Source of the DNA: Gaiellales bacterium
Lineage (GTDB): Bacteria; Actinomycetota; Thermoleophilia; Gaiellales; Gaiellaceae
Assembly (NCBI GenBank): GCA_038209555.1
Contig: JBBQXP010000001.1
Location: 68,728-132,727 of the forward strand
Reading direction: 5' to 3'
DNA: 64,000 bases
Part shown: piece after piece, positions 46,580 to 54,681 of the stretch
Position numbering within the stretch: the stretch's first letter is position 1
How the letters are laid out: each line of letters starts with the position of its first letter
The notes under the pieces: generated by a model
What the model saw: only the letters and a program-made list of their open reading frames with translations
Database searches by the model: none
What the model was told of the DNA's origin: nothing
Translations under genes and position numbers: made by a program

Positions 46580-46605
46580 CGCACCAAGTACCAATCAACC
46601 ATCTA
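46580..46605 (+). repeat. solo right-end fragment of the palindromic intercistronic repeat (copy E)
   Basis: CGCACCAAGTACCAATCAACCATCTA versus copy B CACGCCAATTACCGATCAACCATCTA, with an exact 12-mer ATCAACCATCTA. Lies 12 nt upstream of the gcvT GTG. Confidence 0.55.
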
Positions 46606-46617
46606 GGATCCGCCGCG

Positions 46618-47649
46618 GTGCAGACGGCACGCCGAACGCCCCTCTACGAGCGCCACACGGCGCTCGGCGCGCGCATCGTGGACTTCGCAGGCTGGGAGAT
46701 GCCGGTGCAGTACACGGGCATCCAGGAGGAGCACCGCGCGGTTCGGACGTCCGCGGGCGTCTTCGACGTCTCGCACATGGGCCAGCTCGAGCTGTCCGGC
46801 GCCGGAGCCCACGACTACCTCCAAGCACGGCTCTCCAACGATCTCGACCGGATCGGCGACGGGCGGGCCCAGTACACGCTCCTGACCAATGACCGGGGCG
46901 GGATCACGGACGACCTCATCGCGTATAGGCGCGGCGACGACGACTACCTGCTCGTCGTGAACGCATCGAATGTCGAGCCGGATCACGCGGCACTCCCTGA
47001 CACGACCGACGTCTCCGATCGTTATGCCCTTCTGGCCGTCCAGGGGCCCGAGGCGCTCGAGCGGCTCGGGCTCCAGCTGGAGCCGTTCACCTTCCGGGAG
47101 GACGACGTGCTTGGCGTCCGGTGCCTGGTCGCAGGGACCGGCTACACGGGTGAACGCGGCTGCGAGCTGGGCTGTGATCCCGACGACGCCGTCCGGCTCT
47201 GGGACGCGATCCTTGCGTGCGGAGTCGTCCCTTGCGGTCTCGGCGCCCGCGACACGCTACGCCTCGAGGCCTGTTACCCGCTTCACGGAAACGACATCTC
47301 ACCGGAGCGAACGCCGATCGAGGCGGGACTCGGCTGGGCGTGCGCGCTCGAGAAGGAGTTCACCGGTGTCGACGTGCTCAGGCGTCAGAAAGAAGAGGGC
47401 ACGGCCGAGCGCCTGGCCGCCTTCGTGCTGGAGGACAAGGGCATCCCCCGGCAGGGGATGAAGGTCATCGAGCCACCCGGTGAGGTCACCTCCGGCTCCC
47501 TCTCCCCGATGCTCGGCATCGGGATCGGGCTTGCCTACGTGCCGACCGGGTTCGCCGAGCCCGGAACGACGATCAGCGTCGACCTCCGCGGACGACTGCG
47601 AAAGGGGCATATCGTGAAGAAGCCGATCTACAAGCGAGAGGGGACGTAA
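46618..47649 (+). CDS. gcvT: glycine cleavage system aminomethyltransferase T
   Basis: [42 protein letters not shown]. Confidence 0.93.
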   Translation: MQTARRTPLYERHTALGARIVDFAGWEMPVQYTGIQEEHRAVRTSAGVFDVSHMGQLELSGAGAHDYLQARLSNDLDRIGDGRAQYTLLTNDRGGITDDLIAYRRGDDDYLLVVNASNVEPDHAALPDTTDVSDRYALLAVQGPEALERLGLQLEPFTFREDDVLGVRCLVAGTGYTGERGCELGCDPDDAVRLWDAILACGVVPCGLGARDTLRLEACYPLHGNDISPERTPIEAGLGWACALEKEFTGVDVLRRQKEEGTAERLAAFVLEDKGIPRQGMKVIEPPGEVTSGSLSPMLGIGIGLAYVPTGFAEPGTTISVDLRGRLRKGHIVKKPIYKREGT

Positions 47650-47651
47650 GG

Positions 47652-48044
47652 GTGGCAGCCGCAGAGAGCTATCCCGAAGGGCTGAAGTACCACCCCGAGC
47701 ACGACTGGGCGAAGGTGGACGGCGACACGGCGACCATCGGGATCACCTGGTACGCCCAGGACGCGCTCGGCGAGATCGTGCACTTCGAGCCCCCGGAACA
47801 GGGAAGCTCCGTCGCCAAGGACGAGAGCTACGGAGAGGTCGAGTCGGTGAAGGCCGTATCCGACCTCGTCTCGCCGCTCTCCGGCGAGGTGACCGAGGTA
47901 AACCAGGCAGTCGTAGACGAGCCCGAGACGATCAACGAGGAGCCCTACGGGGATGGCTGGCTCATCAAGGTGCGGCTCTCGGATCCCTCGGAGGTCGATG
48001 GGCTTCTCGACGTCGCTGCCTACAAGGAACTGCTCACAGAGTAG
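47652..48044 (+). CDS. gcvH: glycine cleavage system protein H
   Basis: HDWAKVDGDTATIGIT and lipoyl-lysine motif ESVKAVSD. Confidence 0.93.
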   Translation: MAAAESYPEGLKYHPEHDWAKVDGDTATIGITWYAQDALGEIVHFEPPEQGSSVAKDESYGEVESVKAVSDLVSPLSGEVTEVNQAVVDEPETINEEPYGDGWLIKVRLSDPSEVDGLLDVAAYKELLTE

Positions 48045-48208
48045 ATGGCCGATCGACAATTACCGCACCCACGGATGGCGGCCCAGACACGGCGCCAGGC
48101 CGCACCCTCGCCCTTGGCAAGGCTTCTAGCCTTGCCCGCGGACGATGGCACCCCCTGGCTTGGTCTGGCCCGTCCCCGCGGGCACGCCAATAACCGATCG
48201 TCCATCTA
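48042..48208 (+). repeat. palindromic intercistronic repeat, full copy A (167 nt)
   Basis: Aligns end to end with 51040-51206 and with the reverse complement of 55825-55985. Begins with the gcvH stop TAG and ends 1 nt before the gcvPA GTG. Confidence 0.9.
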
Positions 48209-49543
48209 GTGAGCTACCTCTCCCTCACGGACGCCGACCGCGAGGCGATGCTCGAAGCGATCGGCGTCTCGTCCGTGGACGAGCTCTTCCGAGACATCCC
48301 GAAGAGCCTGCGCCTCGACCGTCCCCTCGCCCTGGAGCCGGCCCTTTCGGAGCAGGAGCTCGTCGAGCACCTCTCCGAGCTAGCGGCGAAGAACGTGTCC
48401 GTCTCGGAGGAGCTCTCGTTCCTCGGGGCTGGGATGTACGACCACTACGTTCCCGCGGTGGTCGACGCGATGCTCGCGCGCGGCGAGTTCCTGACAGCCT
48501 ACACGCCCTACCAGCCGGAGATGAGTCAGGGCGTCCTGCAGGCCATCTTCGAGTACCAGACAGTGATCTGCGAGCTGACCGGCATGGACGTCTCGAACGC
48601 ATCCGGCTACGACGGAACGACCGTTGCCGCCGACGCCTGCTACGTCGCCAAGTACGTCACCGGGCGGACCAAGGTCGTCCTCGCCGAGACGTTGAATCCG
48701 CAGACCCGGCAGGTCGTGAAGACGTATGCACCGGGGTTCGGGCTCGACGTCGTGGAGGTGCCGCATCGCGACGGCGTCGTTGACCCGGACGAGCTCCGGC
48801 GCGCCGCGGAGAATGCCGCGTGCGTCATCTTCCAGCAACCCAACTTCTTCGGCTGCCTCGAGCCGGCTCCCGATCTGGCTGCGGCGGCCAACGACGCCGA
48901 GGCGCTCGCGGTCGCCCATGTCGATCCGCTCTCCTTGGGTGTTCTGGAGGCACCGGGTGCCTATGGGTGCGCGATCGCGATCGGCGAGGGCCAGGGTGCC
49001 GGGAACTACCTCTCCTACGGCGGCCCGCATTACGGCTTCTTCGCAGCCCGGAAGGACTTCATCCGCCGGATGCCAGGCCGGATCATCGGTGAGACGACCG
49101 ACCTGGACGGCGAGCGTGGATTCGTCCTGACGCTACAAACGCGCGAGCAACACATCCGTCGCGAGAAGGCGACCCACAACATGACCACGAACCAGACGCT
49201 TCTCGCCCTGGCCGGCCTGATCTATCTGAGCTGGCTGGGTCCGCAGGGGCTCAGGGAGGTGGGCGAGACCTGCATGGGTCTCGGGGCCTACGCGAAGGAG
49301 CAACTCGGGCTCCAACCGGTGTTTCCAGATCAGACAACGTTCAAGGAGTTTGCCGTCCGCGTCGGACGGAGCGGCCAGGACGCGATCCGCGCCGCCCGCG
49401 AGCGCGGCGTCCATCCGGGATATGCGCTTGGCCGCGACTACCAGGGCTTGGACGATGCCCTGCTCGTCTGCGTGACAGAGAAGCGGACGCCGGCGGACAT
49501 CGACCGTTTGGCCGCCGTCTTGCAGGAGGTCGCGGCGGCGTGA
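48209..49543 (+). CDS. gcvPA: glycine dehydrogenase (decarboxylating) subunit 1
   Basis: N-terminus SYLSLTDADREAMLEAIGVSSVDELFRDIP matches the GcvPA start. Split P-protein arrangement. Confidence 0.92.
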   Translation: MSYLSLTDADREAMLEAIGVSSVDELFRDIPKSLRLDRPLALEPALSEQELVEHLSELAAKNVSVSEELSFLGAGMYDHYVPAVVDAMLARGEFLTAYTPYQPEMSQGVLQAIFEYQTVICELTGMDVSNASGYDGTTVAADACYVAKYVTGRTKVVLAETLNPQTRQVVKTYAPGFGLDVVEVPHRDGVVDPDELRRAAENAACVIFQQPNFFGCLEPAPDLAAAANDAEALAVAHVDPLSLGVLEAPGAYGCAIAIGEGQGAGNYLSYGGPHYGFFAARKDFIRRMPGRIIGETTDLDGERGFVLTLQTREQHIRREKATHNMTTNQTLLALAGLIYLSWLGPQGLREVGETCMGLGAYAKEQLGLQPVFPDQTTFKEFAVRVGRSGQDAIRAARERGVHPGYALGRDYQGLDDALLVCVTEKRTPADIDRLAAVLQEVAAA

Positions 49544-51039
49544 AGCTGATCTTCGAGAAGTCGCAATCTGGGCGCCGCGCCTCGCGCGTGCCGCGTTCCG
49601 ACCTGCCCAAGGTCGACATCCCGGAAGGGCTCCGGCGCGAGCGGCTTCCGCGGCTGCCCGAACTCGCCGAGCCCGAGGTCGTCAGGCACTTCACGGCGCT
49701 CGCCGATCGGACCTTCGGCGTTGACACGGGGTTCTACCCGCTCGGCTCGTGCACGATGAAGCACAACCCGCGGGTGAACGAGCGCCTCGTCATGCTGCCG
49801 GGCTTCCGCGATCTGCACCCACACCAGGAGGAGGAGGGATCGCAGGGCGCGCTCGAGCTGATGTGGCGGCTGCAGCAGATCCTCGCAGAGGTGGCGGGGC
49901 TCGACGCGGTCTCGCTCCAGCCTGCAGCCGGTTCACAGGGAGAGCTCACCGGGCTCATGCTCATGCGGGCCTACTTCGCCGACCGAGGCCAGGGCGAGCA
50001 GCGGACGACCGTGATCACCGCGGACACGGCCCACGGCACGAACCCTGCGAGCGTGACGATGTCGGGCTACCAGCTCAAGAAGGTCGAGACGGACGAGCGT
50101 GGGAACCTCGACCTCGATGACCTCCGCGCCAAGGTCGATGAAAGCACGGCCGGACTCATGCTCACGAATCCCTCGACGCTCGGCCTCTTCGACGAGCACA
50201 TCGAGGAGGTCGCGGAGATCTTCCACGATGCTGGAGCGCTCCTGTATTACGACGGCGCGAACCTGAACGCGGTCTGCGGCATCTCGCGCCCCGGTGATAT
50301 GGGCTTCGACATCATCCACTACAACCTCCACAAGACCTTCTCGCAACCGCATGGCGGGGGCGGGCCCGGCGGTGGGCCGGTGGCCGTGCGGGAGATTCTC
50401 GAGCCCTTCCTGCCCGCGCCGACGATCGTCCAGGAGGGCGATGCGTTCCGGCTCGACTACGACCGACCGAAGTCGATCGGCAAGGTCCGCGGCTTCTGCG
50501 GGCCGTTCGGCGTCTTCGTACGCTCCTACGCGTTTATCCGCGCGTACGGGCCGGGGCTCCGAGCCATGTCCGAGGCTGCCGTCCTGAACGCGAACTACAT
50601 GCTGGCAGGCCTCAGGGAGGTCTACGAGCTTCCGTTCGACCGGCTCTGCATGCACGAGTTCGTGCTCTCGGCACGCGGCCTGAAGCGGGAGCACGGCGTT
50701 AGCGCCCTCGATGTGGCCAAGCGGCTCATGGACTACGGATTCCACCCGCCGACGGTCTACTTTCCGCTGATCGTGCCCGAGGCACTCATGATCGAGCCGA
50801 CGGAGACGGAGGCGAAGGAGACGCTGGACGACTTCGTCGAGGCCATGCGGTCGATCGCCCGGGAGGCCGCCGAGGACCCCGGCTTGGTGAAGGACGCGCC
50901 CCATAGCCGGCCCGTTCGCCGGCTCGATGAGGTCAAGGCCGCGAAGCGCGCGATCGTCAAGTATGGGTTCGAGGAGCACCCAGACCTGTCCGGTCGGCCC
51001 GCCGCGGGTGAGGCGCTCGAGGCACAGAAGGGCGCTTAG
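49540..51039 (+). CDS. gcvPB: glycine dehydrogenase (decarboxylating) subunit 2
   Basis: LGSCTMKHNP and PLP-lysine region NLHKTFSQPHGGGGPG. GTGA overlap with gcvPA. Confidence 0.92.
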   Translation: MKLIFEKSQSGRRASRVPRSDLPKVDIPEGLRRERLPRLPELAEPEVVRHFTALADRTFGVDTGFYPLGSCTMKHNPRVNERLVMLPGFRDLHPHQEEEGSQGALELMWRLQQILAEVAGLDAVSLQPAAGSQGELTGLMLMRAYFADRGQGEQRTTVITADTAHGTNPASVTMSGYQLKKVETDERGNLDLDDLRAKVDESTAGLMLTNPSTLGLFDEHIEEVAEIFHDAGALLYYDGANLNAVCGISRPGDMGFDIIHYNLHKTFSQPHGGGGPGGGPVAVREILEPFLPAPTIVQEGDAFRLDYDRPKSIGKVRGFCGPFGVFVRSYAFIRAYGPGLRAMSEAAVLNANYMLAGLREVYELPFDRLCMHEFVLSARGLKREHGVSALDVAKRLMDYGFHPPTVYFPLIVPEALMIEPTETEAKETLDDFVEAMRSIAREAAEDPGLVKDAPHSRPVRRLDEVKAAKRAIVKYGFEEHPDLSGRPAAGEALEAQKGA

Positions 51040-51206
51040 TAGATGGTTGATCGGTAATTGCCGCACCCCCGGATGGCGGCCCAGACACGGCGCCAGGCCG
51101 CACCCTCGCCCTTGTCAAGGCTTCTAGCCTTGCCTGCGGACGATGGCGCACCCTGGCTTGGTCTGACCCGTCCCCGAGGTCACGCCAATTACCGATCAAC
51201 CATCTA
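51040..51206 (+). repeat. palindromic intercistronic repeat, full copy B (167 nt, perfect 21-nt termini)
   Basis: TAGATGGTTGATCGGTAATTG...CAATTACCGATCAACCATCTA. Central hairpin CAAGGCT-TCT-AGCCTTG. Starts right after the gcvPB TAG and ends 2 nt before the next GTG. Confidence 0.92.
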
Positions 51207-51208
51207 AC

Positions 51209-51811
51209 GTGCGCCGGCTCGGGATTATCCACCGTTGGGACGGCGCGCCGGGCGCGGACTGGTATCCGTGGCTCCGGGACGAGCTTCGCGCGCTCGATCC
51301 GGCTCCCTTCGACGCGATCGGGATTCCGGAGCTGCCCGACCCGGGTACCCCTCGGCCAGAGGCATGGGTGCCCGCGCTCCTGGAATGGCTCGGAGACGAC
51401 GCACGGGATCGAGCCGCAACGGTGCTCGCCGGTCACAGCGTCGGGTGCCAGACGATCGCCAGGGCGCTCGCCGAGGGCGGTCCTCCCGTCGAAGGCTGTC
51501 TCCTGGTTGCACCCTGGTTCTGGCTCGACGAGGAGGAGCGGGACGAGACGAGCGAGCTCTGGGCGACGCCTTTCGACGACGCAGCCGCGCGTGCCGCAGC
51601 CGGCAAGGTCGTTGCCCTGCTCTCGACGGACGACCCCTACACCTCGGACTGGGAAGCCAACGGCCGGGCATGGGAAGAGCGAATCGGGGCGGAGGTGGTC
51701 GTCGAGCCCGGCGGGGAGCACTTCACCGGGGAGCGCGAGCCGAAGGTGCTCGAGCTCCTGCTGGAGCGCTTCGGGCGCGCTGCTCGCAAGCCTCAAGTCC
51801 GGGCATCGTGA
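51209..51811 (+). CDS. YdeN/RBBP9-like serine hydrolase (alpha/beta fold)
   Basis: GIIHRWDGAPGADWYPWL and nucleophile elbow GHSVG. About 200 aa, as in the family. Confidence 0.8.
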   Translation: MRRLGIIHRWDGAPGADWYPWLRDELRALDPAPFDAIGIPELPDPGTPRPEAWVPALLEWLGDDARDRAATVLAGHSVGCQTIARALAEGGPPVEGCLLVAPWFWLDEEERDETSELWATPFDDAAARAAAGKVVALLSTDDPYTSDWEANGRAWEERIGAEVVVEPGGEHFTGEREPKVLELLLERFGRAARKPQVRAS

Positions 51812-52428
51812 TGCGCCTTTACCGGATCCCGTTCTCCACGAACGTCGAGCGCGTAACGCTGGCCCTCGCCCACAAGGGTCTCGAGGCCGAGCCGGTCGAC
51901 GTGGAGCCGACCGACCGGAGCCCGGTCGTCGCTGTGAGCGGCCAGAGCCTCGTGCCGGTGCTCGAGGACGAAGGCCGGGTGGTCTCGGACTCGACGCACA
52001 TCCTCGAGTACCTGGAGGAGCGGTATCCCGATCCGCACCTGTACCCGAGAGACCCGGCCCGCCGCGCCGAGTGCGTCGTCTTCGTGGACTGGTTCAACCG
52101 GGTCTGGAAAGCGCCGCCGAACACGATTGCAGACGCCCTCGCCGGGCTCAATCCCGACCGGACGCGGATTGCGGAGCTCGGAGCCGAGATGGCCGCATCG
52201 CTGGAGGTCTTCGAGGGCATGCTGACCGGCCGTGAGTACCTCCTCGGCGAGTTCTCGGCCGCCGATTGCGCCGCATTCCCGTTCCTGAAGTACGCACTTC
52301 TCCACGATCCCGAGGACGAAGAGCCCTTCCACCGCGTTCTGATCGAGAATCTGCACCTCGGCGTCACCCACCCGCAGATCGGCGCCTGGATCCGCAGGAT
52401 GGACGAGCGCCCTCGCGTGCCCGCCTAG
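51811..52428 (+). CDS. glutathione S-transferase family protein
   Basis: MRLYRIPFSTNVERVTLAL, LVPVLEDEG, C-terminal helical GST domain. TGATG overlap with the upstream gene. The upstream part of ORF 51235..52428 is an alternative frame of the hydrolase gene. Confidence 0.85.
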   Translation: MRLYRIPFSTNVERVTLALAHKGLEAEPVDVEPTDRSPVVAVSGQSLVPVLEDEGRVVSDSTHILEYLEERYPDPHLYPRDPARRAECVVFVDWFNRVWKAPPNTIADALAGLNPDRTRIAELGAEMAASLEVFEGMLTGREYLLGEFSAADCAAFPFLKYALLHDPEDEEPFHRVLIENLHLGVTHPQIGAWIRRMDERPRVPA

Positions 52429-53663
52429 GCGAGCGCCTTTCGCCACTCCCGCGGGACCGGGCCGGCAACGTCGATCGACCGGGCCCCGAGGAAGGTCGCG
52501 AGCTCCTCGAGCGCGGTGGACACCGCCCGGCCTGTCTCCGGCGCCTGGCCGGCCTCAGCATGGACTGCGTTCACGACCAGCCGTTGCTCTTTGCGGTCAT
52601 AGGCCGGGTCGACGCGACCGACCAGCGTGTCGCCGTCGAGGATCGGGAGCACGTAGTAGCCGTACTCCCGACGCTCCTTGGGGACGTAGATCTCGATGCG
52701 GAAGCGAAACGCGAAGAGCTGTTCGGTCCGAGCTCGGTCGGCGATCAGGTTGTCGAAGGGGGAGAGAAGAGTCGTGCGAGGCTCCCAGGCACCGGCTCTG
52801 AGAGCTTCGACGAGCTGGATGTCGTCTGCGTGCACGTACCACTTGCCGGGCCAGGGCTCTCCCTCGTCCCCGGCTATCTCCGCTTCGACCACGCGGCCGT
52901 CGCGTGCCAGTGCTCGAAGGGCCGTCTCGAGGCCGGGATACCGGCCCCGGACGAAGTGAGCGCCAATGTCGCGAGCGGTGCCCACGCCCAGGCCACGAAG
53001 CGAGCGCTCGACGGCCAGGGAAACGGCCTCGCGAACCGAGAGGCGGGGCCGTGCGGCCCGCTGCGCCGGGAGCCAGCGCTCGAAGAGATCCCAGACACGC
53101 GACTGGCCCTCCCGTCCGACGACGGCGATGGAGCCGCGCATCCAGAGGTAGTCGAGCATGCGCGTGACCTCCATTCCCTCCGTCCACCCGCTCGAGCTCC
53201 AGGGAACGGCTGCGCGGCCCGAGAAGTCGCGAGCCCGGAGTGGGCCGTGCTTCCTCAACTCCGCGAATATCTGACGGCGGAGAGTGTCGTTCGCCACCAC
53301 CCAGTCCCGCATCTTCTGATGCCATATTCCGTTCCCCTTCGGGTAGCCGCGCATCAGGGTCGCCTCGTGAATCGGGTAGTCCGAGGTGGGGACGATCGAG
53401 GCGGCGTGCGCCCAGAACTCGAAGAGCTCCCGCCGGCCCCAGAGCAGCGAGTCGAGGACGGCCGGATCGTAGTTCCCGAGACGGCTTCGGAGGACGAGTT
53501 GATGCGTTCGTGCAACGACGTTCACCGGGTCCAGCTGCAGGCACCCGATATCGCGGACGAGGTCGAGGACGCCAGCCCCGTCGGCCCTCGGCCGGGCGCC
53601 TGCAAGGTGCTGACAGGTGACGGCCAGGCGTCGCGCCTCGGTCTGCGTGAGGCGGAGGGTCAG
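52425..53663 (-). CDS. YcaQ/AlkZ-family winged-helix DNA glycosylase (interstrand-crosslink repair family)
   Basis: LTQTEARRLAVTCQHL N-terminus, Q-phi-D motif in GCLQLDPVNVVARTH, about 412 aa. Start unresolved: CTG 53663 (overlaps the upstream TGA) or GTG 53744. Confidence 0.8.
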   Translation of the reverse strand: MTLRLTQTEARRLAVTCQHLAGARPRADGAGVLDLVRDIGCLQLDPVNVVARTHQLVLRSRLGNYDPAVLDSLLWGRRELFEFWAHAASIVPTSDYPIHEATLMRGYPKGNGIWHQKMRDWVVANDTLRRQIFAELRKHGPLRARDFSGRAAVPWSSSGWTEGMEVTRMLDYLWMRGSIAVVGREGQSRVWDLFERWLPAQRAARPRLSVREAVSLAVERSLRGLGVGTARDIGAHFVRGRYPGLETALRALARDGRVVEAEIAGDEGEPWPGKWYVHADDIQLVEALRAGAWEPRTTLLSPFDNLIADRARTEQLFAFRFRIEIYVPKERREYGYYVLPILDGDTLVGRVDPAYDRKEQRLVVNAVHAEAGQAPETGRAVSTALEELATFLGARSIDVAGPVPREWRKALA

Positions 53664-54613
53664 GCGCCGACGATGAAGACGGGGGTGCCAGTATCCACGC
53701 TCGTGAAGAGCGACTCTGCGTCCGGGATCCTCATCCGGATGCACCCGTGCGAGGCCGAGTAGCCGATCGAGGCGGCGTCGGGGGTCCCGTGGATCCCGAC
53801 CCCGGGCGCGGTGAGGCCCATCCAGCGCGTGCCGAGCGGATTGCCGGGTCCGGGTGGGATCGGCTTCGCGTCCTTCGCCCACTCGCTGTCCGGAGGCAGC
53901 CACCACGGGTTCCGCTGCATGGTGACGATCTCGAAGGTGCCGAGTGGCGTCGGGTACTTCGACTGTCCGGTCGCGACGCCGAAGGTGCGCACGAGTGAGT
54001 GGCCGTCGTAGAGCGAGAGCCGGTTGGAGCCCCGGCGGATCACGATGATCGGCCCGTAGTTCGTGCTGGTCAGCTTGGGCTGGATCGGCTCGAGCGGCAG
54101 GGCGATCTGCGCGCCTCTCCACGTCGATCGCAGGGCCTGCACGATGTGGCGAACGAGCGTCTTCTTGGCCACCTCCTGGCCTGGCTTCGCCTCGGTGAAG
54201 GACGGAGCCAGCTTGGAGAGACCGACGAGTTTCGCGTCGACCGCCGGCCGGTGGTACTTCCGGTCGAGCCGGGCGGCGAAGCGGCGGACGGCAGCGCGGT
54301 CGACCTCGACTCGAAGCTGGATCTTCTGTCCGCGCTTCGCGTGGACGGCGCGCACGATCGCGTCCTGGATCGTCGTGCTCGCGCCGAGCGTGGCCGGTGA
54401 CGCGTGCCAGATCTTGTCGTTGTGGAAGACGCGGATCGGCTCGTCGAAGCGAGCTTCCACCTTGGCGCGGGCGGGCTCGAAGGTCAGCCCTCCGACCGTT
54501 ACGCCTCCGACTGTGACGCCGTGCGGGATCTGCGGCAGCGGGACGCCTGCGGCGGGCACGGCGGCGCCGAACGCACTGGCAACGAGGATCGTGGCGAGAA
54601 TCCGGTGGACCAC
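53660..54613 (-). CDS. L,D-transpeptidase (YkuD domain), secreted
   Basis: Signal-like N-terminus. Catalytic motif HGTPDAASIGYSASHGCIRM. Confidence 0.9.
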   Translation of the reverse strand: MVHRILATILVASAFGAAVPAAGVPLPQIPHGVTVGGVTVGGLTFEPARAKVEARFDEPIRVFHNDKIWHASPATLGASTTIQDAIVRAVHAKRGQKIQLRVEVDRAAVRRFAARLDRKYHRPAVDAKLVGLSKLAPSFTEAKPGQEVAKKTLVRHIVQALRSTWRGAQIALPLEPIQPKLTSTNYGPIIVIRRGSNRLSLYDGHSLVRTFGVATGQSKYPTPLGTFEIVTMQRNPWWLPPDSEWAKDAKPIPPGPGNPLGTRWMGLTAPGVGIHGTPDAASIGYSASHGCIRMRIPDAESLFTSVDTGTPVFIVGA

Positions 54614-54681
54614 ACTGGCATGGTAGGCAGAAACTTTGCCGCCCCGAAGTGGCGCAATCCGTAGAGCTCCAAAGCCGGTCG

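Noticed and set aside
46562-46617. Glycine riboswitch upstream of gcvT
   Set aside because: The gap is only 56 nt, too short for a single or tandem glycine aptamer, and no aptamer-like conserved cores are visible.
51235-51810. N-terminal 192 codons of ORF 51235..52428 as part of the GST gene
   Set aside because: This stretch is an Arg-rich alternative frame of the YdeN-like hydrolase gene. The GST family N-terminus begins at ATG 51811.
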